A stretch of DNA of 64,000 bases. Origin: Macrostomum hystrix. Lineage: Eukaryota > Animalia > Platyhelminthes. How positions within the stretch are numbered: the first letter of the stretch is position 1; the number at the start of each line of letters is the position of its first letter. This document shows, one piece after another, positions 26,601 through 41,600 of the stretch. Location: positions 1,612,001-1,676,000 of the forward strand of contig CATNEN010000034.1 in the NCBI GenBank assembly GCA_950097015.1, given 5' to 3'. Below the pieces are notes generated by a model. The model was not told the DNA's origin, made no database searches, and saw only the letters and a program-made list of their open reading frames with translations. The translations under genes and the position numbers were made by a program.

Positions 26601-29600
26601 CCATGCTGATTTCCTGAGGCAGTCAAAGCCATGTCCTGGTGTTGTACACTGAGGCTGGCTCCTTCAGAAGAGGCTGCGATTCCGACGCGACTGTCACCTC
26701 TGCTGGCAGTGATGCTAGCTCCATGCTGATTTCCTGAGGCAGTCAAAGCCATGTCCTGGTGTTGTACACTGAGGCTGGCTCCTTCAGAAGAGGCTGCGAT
26801 TCCGACGCGACTGTCACCTCTGCTGGCAGTGATGCTAGCTCCATGCTGATTTCCTGAGGCAGTCAAAGCCATGTCCTGGTGTTGTACACTGAGGCTGGCT
26901 CCTTCAGAAGAGGCTGCGATTCCGACGCGACTGTCACCTCTGCTGGCAGTGATGCTAGCTCCATGCTGATTTCCTGAGGCAGTCAAAGCCATGTCCTGGT
27001 GTTGTACACTGAGGCTGGCTCCTTCAGAAGAGGCTGCGATTCCGACGCGACTGTCACCTTTGCTGGCAGTGATGCTAGCTCCATGCTGATTTCCTGAGGC
27101 AGTCAAAGCCATGTCCTGGTGTTGTACACTGAGGCTGGCTCCTTCAGAAGAGGCTGCGATTCCGACGCGACTGTCACCTTTGCTGGCAGTGATGCTAGCT
27201 CCATGCTGATTTCCTGAGGCAGTCAAAGCCATGTCCTGGTGTTGTACACTGAGGCTGGCTCCTTCAGAAGAGGCTCCGATTCCGACGCGACTGTCACCTT
27301 TGCTGGCAGTGATGCTAGCTCCATGCTGATTTCCTGAGGCAGTCAAAGCCATGTCCTGGTGTTGTACACTGAGGCTGGCTCCTTCAGAAGAGGCTGCGAT
27401 TCCGACGCGACTGTCACCTTTGCTGGCAGTGATGCTAGCTCCATGCTGATTTCCTGAGGCAGTCAAAGCCATGTCCTGGTGTTGTACACTGAGGCTGGCT
27501 CCTTCAGAAGAGGCTGCGATTCCGACGCGACTGTCACCTCTGCTGGCAGTGATGCTAGCTCCATGCTGATTTCCTGAGGCAGTCAAAGCCATGTCCTGGT
27601 GTTGTACACTGAGGCTGGCTCCTTCAGAAGAGGCTGCGATTCCGACGCAACTGTCACCTCTGCTGGCAGTGATGCTAGCTCCATGCTGATTTCCTGAGGC
27701 AGTCAAAGCCATGTCCTGGTGTTGTACACTGAGGCTGGCTCCTTCAGAAGAGGCTGCGATTCCGACGCGACTGTCACCTCTGCTGGCAGTGATGCTAGCT
27801 CCATGCTGATTTCCTGAGGCAGTCAAAGCCATGTCCTGGTGTTGTACACTGAGGCTGGCTCCTTCAGAAGAGGCTGCGATTCCGACGCGACTGTCACCTC
27901 TGCTGGCAGTGATGCTAGCTCCATGCTGATTTCCTGAGGCAGTCAAAGCCATGTCCTGGTGTTGTACACTGAGGCTGGCTCCTTCAGAAGAGGCTGCGAT
28001 TCCGACGCGACTGTCACCTCTGCTGGCAGTGAGTCTAGCGCCATGCTGATTTCCTGAGGCAGTCAAAGCCATGTCCTGGTGTTGTACACTGAGGCTGGCT
28101 CCTTCAGAAGAGGCTGCGATTCCGACGCAACTGTCACCTCTGCTGGCAGTGATGCTAGCTCCATGCTGATTTCCTGAGGCAGTCAAAGCCATGTCCTGGT
28201 GTTGTACACTGAGGCTGGCTCCTTCAGAAGAGGCTGCGATTCCGACGCGACTGTCACCTTTGCTGGCAGTGATGCTAGCTCCATGCTGATTTCCTGAGGC
28301 AGTCAAAGCCATGTCCTGGTGTTGTACACTGAGGCTGGCTCCTTCAGAAGAGGCTGCGATTCCGACGCAACTGTCACCTCTGCTGGCAGTGATGCTAGCT
28401 CCATGCTGATTTCCTGAGGCAGTCAAAGCCATGTCCTGGTGTTGTACACTGAGGCTGGCTCCTTCAGAAGAGGCTGCGATTCCGACGCAACTGTCACCTC
28501 TGCTGGCAGTGATGCTAGCTCCATGCTGATTTCCTGAGGCAGTCAAAGCCATGTCCTGGTGTTGTACACTGAGGCTGGCTCCTTCAGAAGAGGCTGCGAT
28601 TCCGACGCGACTGTCACCTTTGCTGGCAGTGATGCTAGCTCCATGCTGATTTCCTGAGGCAGTCAAAGCCATGTCCTGGTGTTGTACACTGAGGCTGGCT
28701 CCTTCAGAAGAGGCTGCGATTCCGACGCGACTGTCACCTTTGCTGGCAGTGATGCTAGCGCCATGCTGATTTCCTGAGGCAGTCAAAGCCATGTCCTGGT
28801 GTTGTACACTGAGGCTGGCTCCTTCAGAAGAGGCTGCGATTCCGACGCGACTGTCACCTCTGCTGGCAGTGATGCTAGCTCCATGCTGATTTCCTGAGGC
28901 AGTCAAAGCCATGTCCTGGTGTTGTACACTGAGGCTGGCTCCTTCAGAAGAGGCTCCGATTCCGACGCGACTGTCACCTTTGCTGGCAGTGATGCTAGCT
29001 CCATGCTGATTTCCTGAGGCAGTCAAAGCCATGTCCTGGTGTTGTACACTGAGGCTGGCTCCTTCAGAAGAGGCTCCGATTCCGACGCGACTGTCACCTT
29101 TGCTGGCAGTGATGCTAGCTCCATGCTGATTTCCTGAGGCAGTCAAAGCCATGTCCTGGTGTTGTACACTGAGGCTGGCTCCTTCAGAAGAGGCTGCGAT
29201 TCCGACGCGACTGTCACCTTTGCTGGCAGTGATGCTAGCTCCATGCTGATTTCCTGAGGCAGTCAAAGCCATGTCCTGGTGTTGTACACTGAGGCTGGCT
29301 CCTTCAGAAGAGGCTGCGATTCCGACGCGACTGTCACCTCTGCTGGCAGTGATGCTAGCTCCATGCTGATTTCCTGAGGCAGTCAAAGCCATGTCCTGGT
29401 GTTGTACACTGAGGCTGGCTCCTTCAGAAGAGGCTGCGATTCCGACGCAACTGTCACCTCTGCTGGCAGTGATGCTAGCTCCATGCTGATTTCCTGAGGC
29501 AGTCAAAGCCATGTCCTGGTGTTGTACACTGAGGCTGGCTCCTTCAGAAGAGGCTGCGATTCCGACGCGACTGTCACCTCTGCTGGCAGTGATGCTAGCT

Positions 29601-32600
29601 CCATGCTGATTTCCTGAGGCAGTCAAAGCCATGTCCTGGTGTTGTACACTGAGGCTGGCTCCTTCAGAAGAGGCTGCGATTCCGACGCGACTGTCACCTC
29701 TGCTGGCAGTGATGCTAGCTCCATGCTGATTTCCTGAGGCAGTCAAAGCCATGTCCTGGTGTTGTACACTGAGGCTGGCTCCTTCAGAAGAGGCTGCGAT
29801 TCCGACGCGACTGTCACCTCTGCTGGCAGTGATGCTAGCTCCATGCTGATTTCCTGAGGCAGTCAAAGCCATGTCCTGGTGTTGTACACTGAGGCTGGCT
29901 CCTTCAGAAGAGGCTGCGATTCCGACGCGACTGTCACCTCTGCTGGCAGTGATGCTAGCTCCATGCTGATTTCCTGAGGCAGTCAAAGCCATGTCCTGGT
30001 GTTGTACACTGAGGCTGGCTCCTTCAGAAGAGGCTGCGATTCCGACGCGACTGTCACCTTTGCCGGCAGTGATGCTAGCTCCATGCTGATTTCCTGAGGC
30101 AGTCAAAGCCATGTCCTGGTGTTGTACACTGAGGCTGGCTCCTTCAGAAGAGGCTGCGATTCCGACGCGACTGTCACCTTTGCTGGCAGTGATGCTAGCT
30201 CCATGCTGATTTCCTGAGGCAGTCAAAGCCATGTCCTGGTGTTGTACACTGAGGCTGGCTCCTTCAGAAGAGGCTCCGATTCCGACGCGACTGTCACCTC
30301 TGCTGGCAGTGATGCTAGCTCCATGCTGATTTCCTGAGGCAGTCAAAGCCATGTCCTGGTGTTGTACACTGAGGCTGGCTCCTTCAGAAGAGGCTGCGAT
30401 TCCGACGCGACTGTCACCTCTGCTGGCAGTGATGCTAGCTCCATGCTGATTTCCTGAGGCAGTCAAAGCCATGTCCTGGTGTTGTACACTGAGGCTGGCT
30501 CCTTCAGAAGAGGCTGCGATTCCGACGCGACTGTCACCTTTGCTGGCAGTGATGCTAGCTCCATGCTGATTTCCTGAGGCAGTCAAAGCCATGTCCTGGT
30601 GTTGTACACTGAGGCTGGCTCCTTCAGAAGAGGCTGCGATTCCGACGCGACTGTCACCTCTGCTGGCAGTGATGCTAGCTCCATGCTGATTTCCTGAGGC
30701 AGTCAAAGCCATGTCCTGGTGTTGTACACTGAGGCTGGCTCCTTCAGAAGAGGCTGCGATTCCGACGCGACTGTCACCTTTGCTGGCAGTGATGCTAGCT
30801 CCATGCTGATTTCCTGAGGCAGTCAAAGCCATGTCCTGGTGTTGTACACTGAGGCTGGCTCCTTCAGAAGAGGCTGCGATTCCGACGCGACTGTCACCTC
30901 TGCTGGCAGTGATGCTAGCTCCATGCTGATTTCCTGAGGCAGTCAAAGCCATGTCCTGGTGTTGTACACTGAGGCTGGCTCCTTCAGAAGAGGCTGCGAT
31001 TCCGACGCGACTGTCACCTTTGCTGGCAGTGATGCTAGCTCCATGCTGATTTCCTGAGGCAGTCAAAGCCATGTCCTGGTGTTGTACACTGAGGCTGGCT
31101 CCTTCAGAAGAGGCTGCGATTCCGACGCGACTGTCACCTCTGCTGGCAGTGATGCTAGCTCCATGCTGATTTCCTGAGGCAGTCAAAGCCATGTCCTGGT
31201 GTTGTACACTGAGGCTGGCTCCTTCAGAAGAGGCTGCGATTCCGACGCGACTGTCACCTTTGCTGGCAGTGATGCTAGCTCCATGCTGATTTCCTGAGGC
31301 AGTCAAAGCCATGTCCTGGTGTTGTACACTGAGGCTGGCTCCTTCAGAAGAGGCTGCGATTCCGACGCAACTGTCACCTTTGCTGGCAGTGATGCTAGCG
31401 CCATGCTGATTTCCTGAGGCAGTCAAAGCCATGTCCTGGTGTTGTACACTGAGGCTGGCTCCTTCAGAAGAGGCTGCGATTCCGACGCAACTGTCACCTC
31501 TGCTGGCAGTGATGCTAGCTCCATGCTGATTTCCTGAGGCAGTCAAAGCCATGTCCTGGTGTTGAACACGGAGGCTGGCTCCTTCAGAAGAGGCTGCGAT
31601 TCCGACGCGACTGTCACCTTTGCTGGCAGTGATGCTAGCTCCATGCTGATTTCCTGAGGCAGTCAAAGCCATGTCCTGGTGTTGTACACTGAGGCTGGCT
31701 CCTTCAGAAGAGGCTGCGATTCCGACGCGACTGTCACCTCTGCTGGCAGTGATGCTAGCTCCATGCTGATTTCCTGAGGCAGTCAAAGCCATGTCCTGGT
31801 GTTGTACACTGAGGCTGGCTCCTTCAGAAGAGGCTGCGATTCCGACGCGACTGTCACCTTTGCTGGCAGTGATGCTAGCTCCATGCTGATTTCCTGAGGC
31901 AGTCAAAGCCATGTCCTGGTGTTGTACACTGAGGCTGGCTCCTTCAGAAGAGGCTGCGATTCCGACGCAACTGTCACCTTTGCTGGCAGTGATGCTAGCG
32001 CCATGCTGATTTCCTGAGGCAGTCAAAGCCATGTCCTGGTGTTGTACACTGAGGCTGGCTCCTTCAGAAGAGGCTGCGATTCCGACGCAACTGTCACCTC
32101 TGCTGGCAGTGATGCTAGCTCCATGCTGATTTCCTGAGGCAGTCAAAGCCATGTCCTGGTGTTGAACACGGAGGCTGGCTCCTTCAGAAGAGGCTGCGAT
32201 TCCGACGCGACTGTCACCTTTGCTGGCAGTGATGCTAGCTCCATGCTGATTTCCTGAGGCAGTCAAAGCCATGTCCTGGTGTTGTACACTGAGGCTGGCT
32301 CCTTCAGAAGAGGCTGCGATTCCGACGCGACTGTCACCTTTGCTGGCAGTGATGCTAGCTCCATGCTGATTTCCTGAGGCAGTCAAAGCCATGTCCTGGT
32401 GTTGTACACTGAGGCTGGCTCCTTCAGAAGAGGCTGCGATTCCGACGCGACTGTCACCTCTGCTGGCAGTGATGCTAGCTCCATGCTGATTTCCTGAGGC
32501 AGTCAAAGCCATGTCCTGGTGTTGTACACTGAGGCTGGCTCCTTCAGAAGAGGCTGCGATTCCGACGCGACTGTCACCTCTGCTGGCAGTGATGCTAGCT

Positions 32601-35600
32601 CCATGCTGATTTCCTGAGGCAGTCAAAGCCATGTCCTGGTGTTGTACACTGAGGCTGGCTCCTTCAGAAGAGGCTGCGATTCCGACGCGACTGTCACCTT
32701 TGCTGGCAGTGATGCTAGCTCCATGCTGATTTCCTGAGGCAGTCAAAGCCATGTCCTGGTGTTGTACACTGAGGCTGGCTCCTTCAGAAGAGGCTGCGAT
32801 TCCGACGCGACTGTCACCTTTGCTGGCAGTGATGCTAGCTCCATGCTGATTTCCTGAGGCAGTCAAAGCCATGTCCTGGTGTTGTACACTGAGGCTGGCT
32901 CCTTCAGAAGAGGCTGCGATTCCGACGCGACTGTCACCTTTGCTGGCAGTGATGCTAGCTCCATGCTGATTTCCTGAGGCAGTCAAAGCCATGTCCTGGT
33001 GTTGTACACTGAGGCTGGCTCCTTCAGAAGAGGCTGCGATTCCGACGCAACTGTCACCTTTGCTGGCAGTGATGCTAGCGCCATGCTGATTTCCTGAGGC
33101 AGTCAAAGCCATGTCCTGGTGTTGTACACTGAGGCTGGCTCCTTCAGAAGAGGCTGCGATTCCGACGCAACTGTCACCTCTGCTGGCAGTGATGCTAGCT
33201 CCATGCTGATTTCCTGAGGCAGTCAAAGCCATGTCCTGGTGTTGAACACGGAGGCTGGCTCCTTCAGAAGAGGCTGCGATTCCGACGCGACTGTCACCTT
33301 TGCTGGCAGTGATGCTAGCTCCATGCTGATTTCCTGAGGCAGTCAAAGCCATGTCCTGGTGTTGTACACTGAGGCTGGCTCCTTCAGAAGAGGCTGCGAT
33401 TCCGACGCGACTGTCACCTCTGCTGGCAGTGATGCTAGCTCCATGCTGATTTCCTGAGGCAGTCAAAGCCATGTCCTGGTGTTGTACACTGAGGCTGGCT
33501 CCTTCAGAAGAGGCTGCGATTCCGACGCAACTGTCACCTTTGCTGGCAGTGATGCTAGCGCCATGCTGATTTCCTGAGGCAGTCAAAGCCATGTCCTGGT
33601 GTTGTACACTGAGGCTGGCTCCTTCAGAAGAGGCTGCGATTCCGACGCAACTGTCACCTCTGCTGGCAGTGATGCTAGCTCCATGCTGATTTCCTGAGGC
33701 AGTCAAAGCCATGTCCTGGTGTTGAACACGGAGGCTGGCTCCTTCAGAAGAGGCTGCGATTCCGACGCGACTGTCACCTTTGCTGGCAGTGATGCTAGCT
33801 CCATGCTGATTTCCTGAGGCAGTCAAAGCCATGTCCTGGTGTTGTACACTGAGGCTGGCTCCTTCAGAAGAGGCTGCGATTCCGACGCGACTGTCACCTT
33901 TGCTGGCAGTGATGCTAGCTCCATGCTGATTTCCTGAGGCAGTCAAAGCCATGTCCTGGTGTTGTACACTGAGGCTGGCTCCTTCAGAAGAGGCTGCGAT
34001 TCCGACGCGACTGTCACCTCTGCTGGCAGTGATGCTAGCTCCATGCTGATTTCCTGAGGCAGTCAAAGCCATGTCCTGGTGTTGTACACTGAGGCTGGCT
34101 CCTTCAGAAGAGGCTGCGATTCCGACGCGACTGTCACCTCTGCTGGCAGTGATGCTAGCTCCATGCTGATTTCCTGAGGCAGTCAAAGCCATGTCCTGGT
34201 GTTGTACACTGAGGCTGGCTCCTTCAGAAGAGGCTGCGATTCCGACGCGACTGTCACCTTTGCTGGCAGTGATGCTAGCTCCATGCTGATTTCCTGAGGC
34301 AGTCAAAGCCATGTCCTGGTGTTGTACACTGAGGCTGGCTCCTTCAGAAGAGGCTGCGATTCCGACGCGACTGTCACCTTTGCTGGCAGTGATGCTAGCT
34401 CCATGCTGATTTCCTGAGGCAGTCAAAGCCATGTCCTGGTGTTGTACACTGAGGCTGGCTCCTTCAGAAGAGGCTGCGATTCCGACGCGACTGTCACCTC
34501 TGCTGGCAGTGATGCTAGCTCCATGCTGATTTCCTGAGGCAGTCAAAGCCATGTCCTGGTGTTGTACACTGAGGCTGGCTCCTTCAGAAGAGGCTGCGAT
34601 TCCGACGCGACTGTCACCTTTGCTGGCAGTGATGCTAGCTCCATGCTGATTTCCTGAGGCAGTCAAAGCCATGTCCTGGTGTTGTACACTGAGGCTGGCT
34701 CCTTCAGAAGAGGCTGCGATTCCGACGCGACTGTCACCTTTGCTGGCAGTGATGCTAGCGCCATGCTGATTTCCTGAGGCAGTCAAAGCCATGTCCTGGT
34801 GTTGTACACTGAGGCTGGCTCCTTCAGAAGAGGCTGCGATTCCGACGCAACTGTCACCTCTGCTGGCAGTGATGCTAGCTCCATGCTGATTTCCTGAGGC
34901 AGTCAAAGCCATGTCCTGGTGTTGAACACGGAGGCTGGCTCCTTCAGAAGAGGCTGCGATTCCGACGCGACTGTCACCTTTGCTGGCAGTGATGCTAGCT
35001 CCATGCTGATTTCCTGAGGCAGTCAAAGCCATGTCCTGGTGTTGTACACTGAGGCTGGCTCCTTCAGAAGAGGCTGCGATTCCGACGCGACTGTCACCTC
35101 TGCTGGCAGTGATGCTAGCTCCATGCTGATTTCCTGAGGCAGTCAAAGCCATGTCCTGGTGTTGTACACTGAGGCTGGCTCCTTCAGAAGAGGCTGCGAT
35201 TCCGACGCAACTGTCACCTCTGCTGGCAGTGATGCTAGCTCCATGCTGATTTCCTGAGGCAGTCAAAGCCATGTCCTGGTGTTGTACACTGAGGCTGGCT
35301 CCTTCAGAAGAGGCTGCGATTCCGACGCGACTGTCACCTCTGCTGGCAGTGATGCTAGCTCCATGCTGATTTCCTGAGGCAGTCAAAGCCATGTCCTGGT
35401 GTTGTACACTGAGGCTGGCTCCTTCAGAAGAGGCTGCGATTCCGACGCGACTGTCACCTCTGCTGGCAGTGATGCTAGCTCCATGCTGATTTCCTGAGGC
35501 AGTCAAAGCCATGTCCTGGTGTTGTACACTGAGGCTGGCTCCTTCAGAAGAGGCTGCGATTCCGACGCGACTGTCACCTCTGCTGGCAGTGATGCTAGCT

Positions 35601-38600
35601 CCATGCTGATTTCCTGAGGCAGTCAAAGCCATGTCCTGGTGTTGTACACTGAGGCTGGCTCCTTCAGAAGAGGCTGCGATTCCGACGCGACTGTCACCTT
35701 TGCCGGCAGTGATGCTAGCTCCATGCTGATTTCCTGAGGCAGTCAAAGCCATGTCCTGGTGTTGTACACTGAGGCTGGCTCCTTCAGAAGAGGCTGCGAT
35801 TCCGACGCGACTGTCACCTCTGCTGGCAGTGATGCTAGCTCCATGCTGATTTCCTGAGGCAGTCAAAGCCATGTCCTGGTGTTGTACACTGAGGCTGGCT
35901 CCTTCAGAAGAGGCTGCGATTCCGACGCGACTGTCACCTCTGCTGGCAGTGATGCTAGCTCCATGCTGATTTCCTGAGGCAGTCAAAGCCATGTCCTGGT
36001 GTTGTACACTGAGGCTGGCTCCTTCAGAAGAGGCTGCGATTCCGACGCGACTGTCACCTTTGCTGGCAGTGATGCTAGCTCCATGCTGATTTCCTGAGGC
36101 AGTCAAAGCCATGTCCTGGTGTTGTACACTGAGGCTGGCTCCTTCAGAAGAGGCTGCGATTCCGACGCGACTGTCACCTTTGCTGGCAGTGATGCTAGCT
36201 CCATGCTGATTTCCTGAGGCAGTCAAAGCCATGTCCTGGTGTTGTACACTGAGGCTGGCTCCTTCAGAAGAGGCTGCGATTCCGACGCGACTGTCACCTC
36301 TGCTGGCAGTGATGCTAGCTCCATGCTGATTTCCTGAGGCAGTCAAAGCCATGTCCTGGTGTTGTACACTGAGGCTGGCTCCTTCAGAAGAGGCTGCGAT
36401 TCCGACGCAACTGTCACCTCTGCTGGCAGTGAGGCTAGCTCCATGCTGATTTCCTGAGGTAGTCAAAGCCATGTCCTGGTGTTGTACACTGAGGCTGGCT
36501 CCTTCAGAAGAGGCTGCGATTCCGACGCGACTGTCACCTTTGCTGGCAGTGATGCTAGCTCCATGCTGATTTCCTGAGGCAGTCAAAGCCATGTCCTGGT
36601 GTTGTACACTGAGGCTGGCTCCTTCAGAAGAGGCTGCGATTCCGACGCAACTGTCACCTTTGCTGGCAGTGAGTCTAGCGCCATGCTGATTTCCTGAGGC
36701 AGTCAAAGCCATGTCCTGGTGTTGTACACTGAGGCTGGCTCCTTCAGAAGAGGCTGCGATTCCGACGCGACTGTCACCTCTGCTGGCAGTGATGCTAGCT
36801 CCATGCTGATTTCCTGAGGCAGTCAAAGCCATGTCCTGGTGTTGTACACTGAGGCTGGCTCCTTCAGAAGAGGCTGCGATTCCGACGCGACTGTCACCTC
36901 TGCTGGCAGTGATGCTAGCTCCATGCTGATTTCCTGAGGCAGTCAAAGCCATGTCCTGGTGTTGTACACTGAGGCTGGCTCCTTCAGAAGAGGCTGCGAT
37001 TCCGACGCGACTGTCACCTCTGCTGGCAGTGATGCTAGCTCCATGCTGATTTCCTGAGGCAGTCAAAGCCATGTCCTGGTGTTGTACACTGAGGCTGGCT
37101 CCTTCAGAAGAGGCTGCGATTCCGACGCGACTGTCACCTTTGCCGGCAGTGATGCTAGCTCCATGCTGATTTCCTGAGGCAGTCAAAGCCATGTCCTGGT
37201 GTTGTACACTGAGGCTGGCTCCTTCAGAAGAGGCTGCGATTCCGACGCGACTGTCACCTCTGCTGGCAGTGATGCTAGCTCCATGCTGATTTCCTGAGGC
37301 AGTCAAAGCCATGTCCTGGTGTTGTACACTGAGGCTGGCTCCTTCAGAAGAGGCTGCGATTCCGACGCGACTGTCACCTCTGCTGGCAGTGATGCTAGCT
37401 CCATGCTGATTTCCTGAGGCAGTCAAAGCCATGTCCTGGTGTTGTACACTGAGGCTGGCTCCTTCAGAAGAGGCTGCGATTCCGACGCGACTGTCACCTT
37501 TGCTGGCAGTGATGCTAGCTCCATGCTGATTTCCTGAGGCAGTCAAAGCCATGTCCTGGTGTTGTACACTGAGGCTGGCTCCTTCAGAAGAGGCTGCGAT
37601 TCCGACGCGACTGTCACCTTTGCTGGCAGTGATGCTAGCTCCATGCTGATTTCCTGAGGCAGTCAAAGCCATGTCCTGGTGTTGTACACTGAGGCTGGCT
37701 CCTTCAGAAGAGGCTGCGATTCCGACGCGACTGTCACCTCTGCTGGCAGTGATGCTAGCTCCATGCTGATTTCCTGAGGCAGTCAAAGCCATGTCCTGGT
37801 GTTGTACACTGAGGCTGGCTCCTTCAGAAGAGGCTGCGATTCCGACGCAACTGTCACCTCTGCTGGCAGTGAGGCTAGCTCCATGCTGATTTCCTGAGGT
37901 AGTCAAAGCCATGTCCTGGTGTTGTACACTGAGGCTGGCTCCTTCAGAAGAGGCTGCGATTCCGACGCGACTGTCACCTTTGCTGGCAGTGATGCTAGCT
38001 CCATGCTGATTTCCTGAGGCAGTCAAAGCCATGTCCTGGTGTTGTACACTGAGGCTGGCTCCTTCAGAAGAGGCTGCGATTCCGACGCAACTGTCACCTT
38101 TGCTGGCAGTGAGTCTAGCGCCATGCTGATTTCCTGAGGCAGTCAAAGCCATGTCCTGGTGTTGTACACTGAGGCTGGCTCCTTCAGAAGAGGCTGCGAT
38201 TCCGACGCAACTGTCACCTCTGCTGGCAGTGATGCTAGCTCCATGCTGATTTCCTGAGGCAGTCAAAGCCATGTCCTGGTGTTGTACACTGAGGCTGGCT
38301 CCTTCAGAAGAGGCTGCGATTCCGACGCGACTGTCACCTTTGCTGGCAGTGATGCTAGCTCCATGCTGATTTCCTGAGGCAGTCAAAGCCATGTCCTGGT
38401 GTTGTACACTGAGGCTGGCTCCTTCAGAAGAGGCTGCGATTCCGACGCGACTGTCACCTTTGCTGGCAGTGATGCTAGCTCCATGCTGATTTCCTGAGGC
38501 AGTCAAAGCCATGTCCTGGTGTTGTACACTGAGGCTGGCTCCTTCAGAAGAGGCTGCGATTCCGACGCGACTGTCACCTCTGCTGGCAGTGATGCTAGCT

Positions 38601-41600
38601 CCATGCTGATTTCCTGAGGCAGTCAAAGCCATGTCCTGGTGTTGTACACTGAGGCTGGCTCCTTCAGAAGAGGCTGCGATTCCGACGCAACTGTCACCTC
38701 TGCTGGCAGTGATGCTAGCTCCATGCTGATTTCCTGAGGCAGTCAAAGCCATGTCCTGGTGTTGTACACTGAGGCTGGCTCCTTCAGAAGAGGCTGCGAT
38801 TCCGACGCGACTGTCACCTCTGCTGGCAGTGATGCTAGCTCCATGCTGATTTCCTGAGGCAGTCAAAGCCATGTCCTGGTGTTGTACACTGAGGCTGGCT
38901 CCTTCAGAAGAGGCTGCGATTCCGACGCGACTGTCACCTCTGCTGGCAGTGATGCTAGCTCCATGCTGATTTCCTGAGGCAGTCAAAGCCATGTCCTGGT
39001 GTTGTACACTGAGGCTGGCTCCTTCAGAAGAGGCTGCGATTCCGACGCGACTGTCACCTTTGCCGGCAGTGATGCTAGCTCCATGCTGATTTCCTGAGGC
39101 AGTCAAAGCCATGTCCTGGTGTTGTACACTGAGGCTGGCTCCTTCAGAAGAGGCTGCGATTCCGACGCGACTGTCACCTCTGCTGGCAGTGATGCTAGCT
39201 CCATGCTGATTTCCTGAGGCAGTCAAAGCCATGTCCTGGTGTTGTACACTGAGGCTGGCTCCTTCAGAAGAGGCTGCGATTCCGACGCGACTGTCACCTC
39301 TGCTGGCAGTGATGCTAGCTCCATGCTGATTTCCTGAGGCAGTCAAAGCCATGTCCTGGTGTTGTACACTGAGGCTGGCTCCTTCAGAAGAGGCTGCGAT
39401 TCCGACGCGACTGTCACCTTTGCTGGCAGTGATGCTAGCTCCATGCTGATTTCCTGAGGCAGTCAAAGCCATGTCCTGGTGTTGTACACTGAGGCTGGCT
39501 CCTTCAGAAGAGGCTGCGATTCCGACGCGACTGTCACCTTTGCTGGCAGTGATGCTAGCTCCATGCTGATTTCCTGAGGCAGTCAAAGCCATGTCCTGGT
39601 GTTGTACACTGAGGCTGGCTCCTTCAGAAGAGGCTGCGATTCCGACGCGACTGTCACCTCTGCTGGCAGTGATGCTAGCTCCATGCTGATTTCCTGAGGC
39701 AGTCAAAGCCATGTCCTGGTGTTGTACACTGAGGCTGGCTCCTTCAGAAGAGGCTGCGATTCCGACGCGACTGTCACCTTTGCCGGCAGTGATGCTAGCT
39801 CCATGCTGATTTCCTGAGGCAGTCAAAGCCATGTCCTGGTGTTGTACACTGAGGCTGGCTCCTTCAGAAGAGGCTGCGATTCCGACGCGACTGTCACCTC
39901 TGCTGGGAGTGATGCTAGCTCCATGCTGATTTCCTGAGGCAGTCAAAGCCATGTCCTGGTGTTGTACACTGAGGCTGGCTCCTTCAGAAGAGGCTGCGAT
40001 TCCGACGCGACTGTCACCTCTGCTGGCAGTGATGCTAGCTCCATGCTGATTTCCTGAGGCAGTCAAAGCCATGTCCTGGTGTTGTACACTGAGGCTGGCT
40101 CCTTCAGAAGAGGCTGCGATTCCGACGCGACTGTCACCTTTGCTGGCAGTGATGCTAGCTCCATGCTGATTTCCTGAGGCAGTCAAAGCCATGTCCTGGT
40201 GTTGTACACTGAGGCTGGCTCCTTCAGAAGAGGCTGCGATTCCGACGCGACTGTCACCTTTGCTGGCAGTGATGCTAGCTCCATGCTGATTTCCTGAGGC
40301 AGTCAAAGCCATGTCCTGGTGTTGTACACTGAGGCTGGCTCCTTCAGAAGAGGCTGCGATTCCGACGCGACTGTCACCTCTGCTGGCAGTGATGCTAGCT
40401 CCATGCTGATTTCCTGAGGCAGTCAAAGCCATGTCCTGGTGTTGTACACTGAGGCTGGCTCCTTCAGAAGAGGCTGCGATTCCGACGCGACTGTCACCTC
40501 TGCTGGCAGTGATGCTAGCTCCATGCTGATTTCCTGAGGCAGTCAAAGCCATGTCCTGGTGTTGTACACTGAGGCTGGCTCCTTCAGAAGAGGCTGCGAT
40601 TCCGACGCGACTGTCACCTCTGCTGGCAGTGATGCTAGCTCCATGCTGATTTCCTGAGGCAGTCAAAGCCATGTCCTGGTGTTGTACACTGAGGCTGGCT
40701 CCTTCAGAAGAGGCTGCGATTCCGACGCGACTGTCACCTTTGCTGGCAGTGATGCTAGCTCCATGCTGATTTCCTGAGGCAGTCAAAGCCATGTCCTGGT
40801 GTTGTACACTGAGGCTGGCTCCTTCAGAAGAGGCTGCGATTCCGACGCGACTGTCACCTCTGCTGGCAGTGATGCTAGCTCCATGCTGATTTCCTGAGGC
40901 AGTCAAAGCCATGTCCTGGTGTTGTACACTGAGGCTGGCTCCTTCAGAAGAGGCTGCGATTCCGACGCAACTGTCACCTTTGCTGGCAGTGATGCTAGCT
41001 CCATGCTGATTTCCTGAGGCAGTCAAAGCCATGTCCTGGTGTTGTACACTGAGGCTGGCTCCTTCAGAAGAGGCTGCGATTCCGACGCGACTGTCACCTC
41101 TGCTGGCAGTGATGCTAGCTCCATGCTGATTTCCTGAGGCAGTCAAAGCCATGTCCTGGTGTTGTACACTGAGGCTGGCTCCTTCAGAAGAGGCTGCGAT
41201 TCCGACGCGACTGTCACCTCTGCTGGCAGTGATGCTAGCTCCATGCTGATTTCCTGAGGCAGTCAAAGCCATGTCCTGGTGTTGTACACTGAGGCTGGCT
41301 CCTTCAGAAGAGGCTGCGATTCCGACGCGACTGTCACCTTTGCTGGCAGTGATGCTAGCTCCATGCTGATTTCCTGAGGCAGTCAAAGCCATGTCCTGGT
41401 GTTGTACACTGAGGCTGGCTCCTTCAGAAAAGGCTGCCATTCCGACGCGACTGTCACCTTTGCTGGCAGTGATGCTAGCTCCATGCTGATTTCCTGAGGC
41501 AGTCAAAGCCATGTCCTGGTGTTGTACACTGAGGCTGGCTCCTTCAGAAGAGGCTGCGATTCCGACGCGACTGTCACCTTTGCTCGCAGTGATGCTAGCT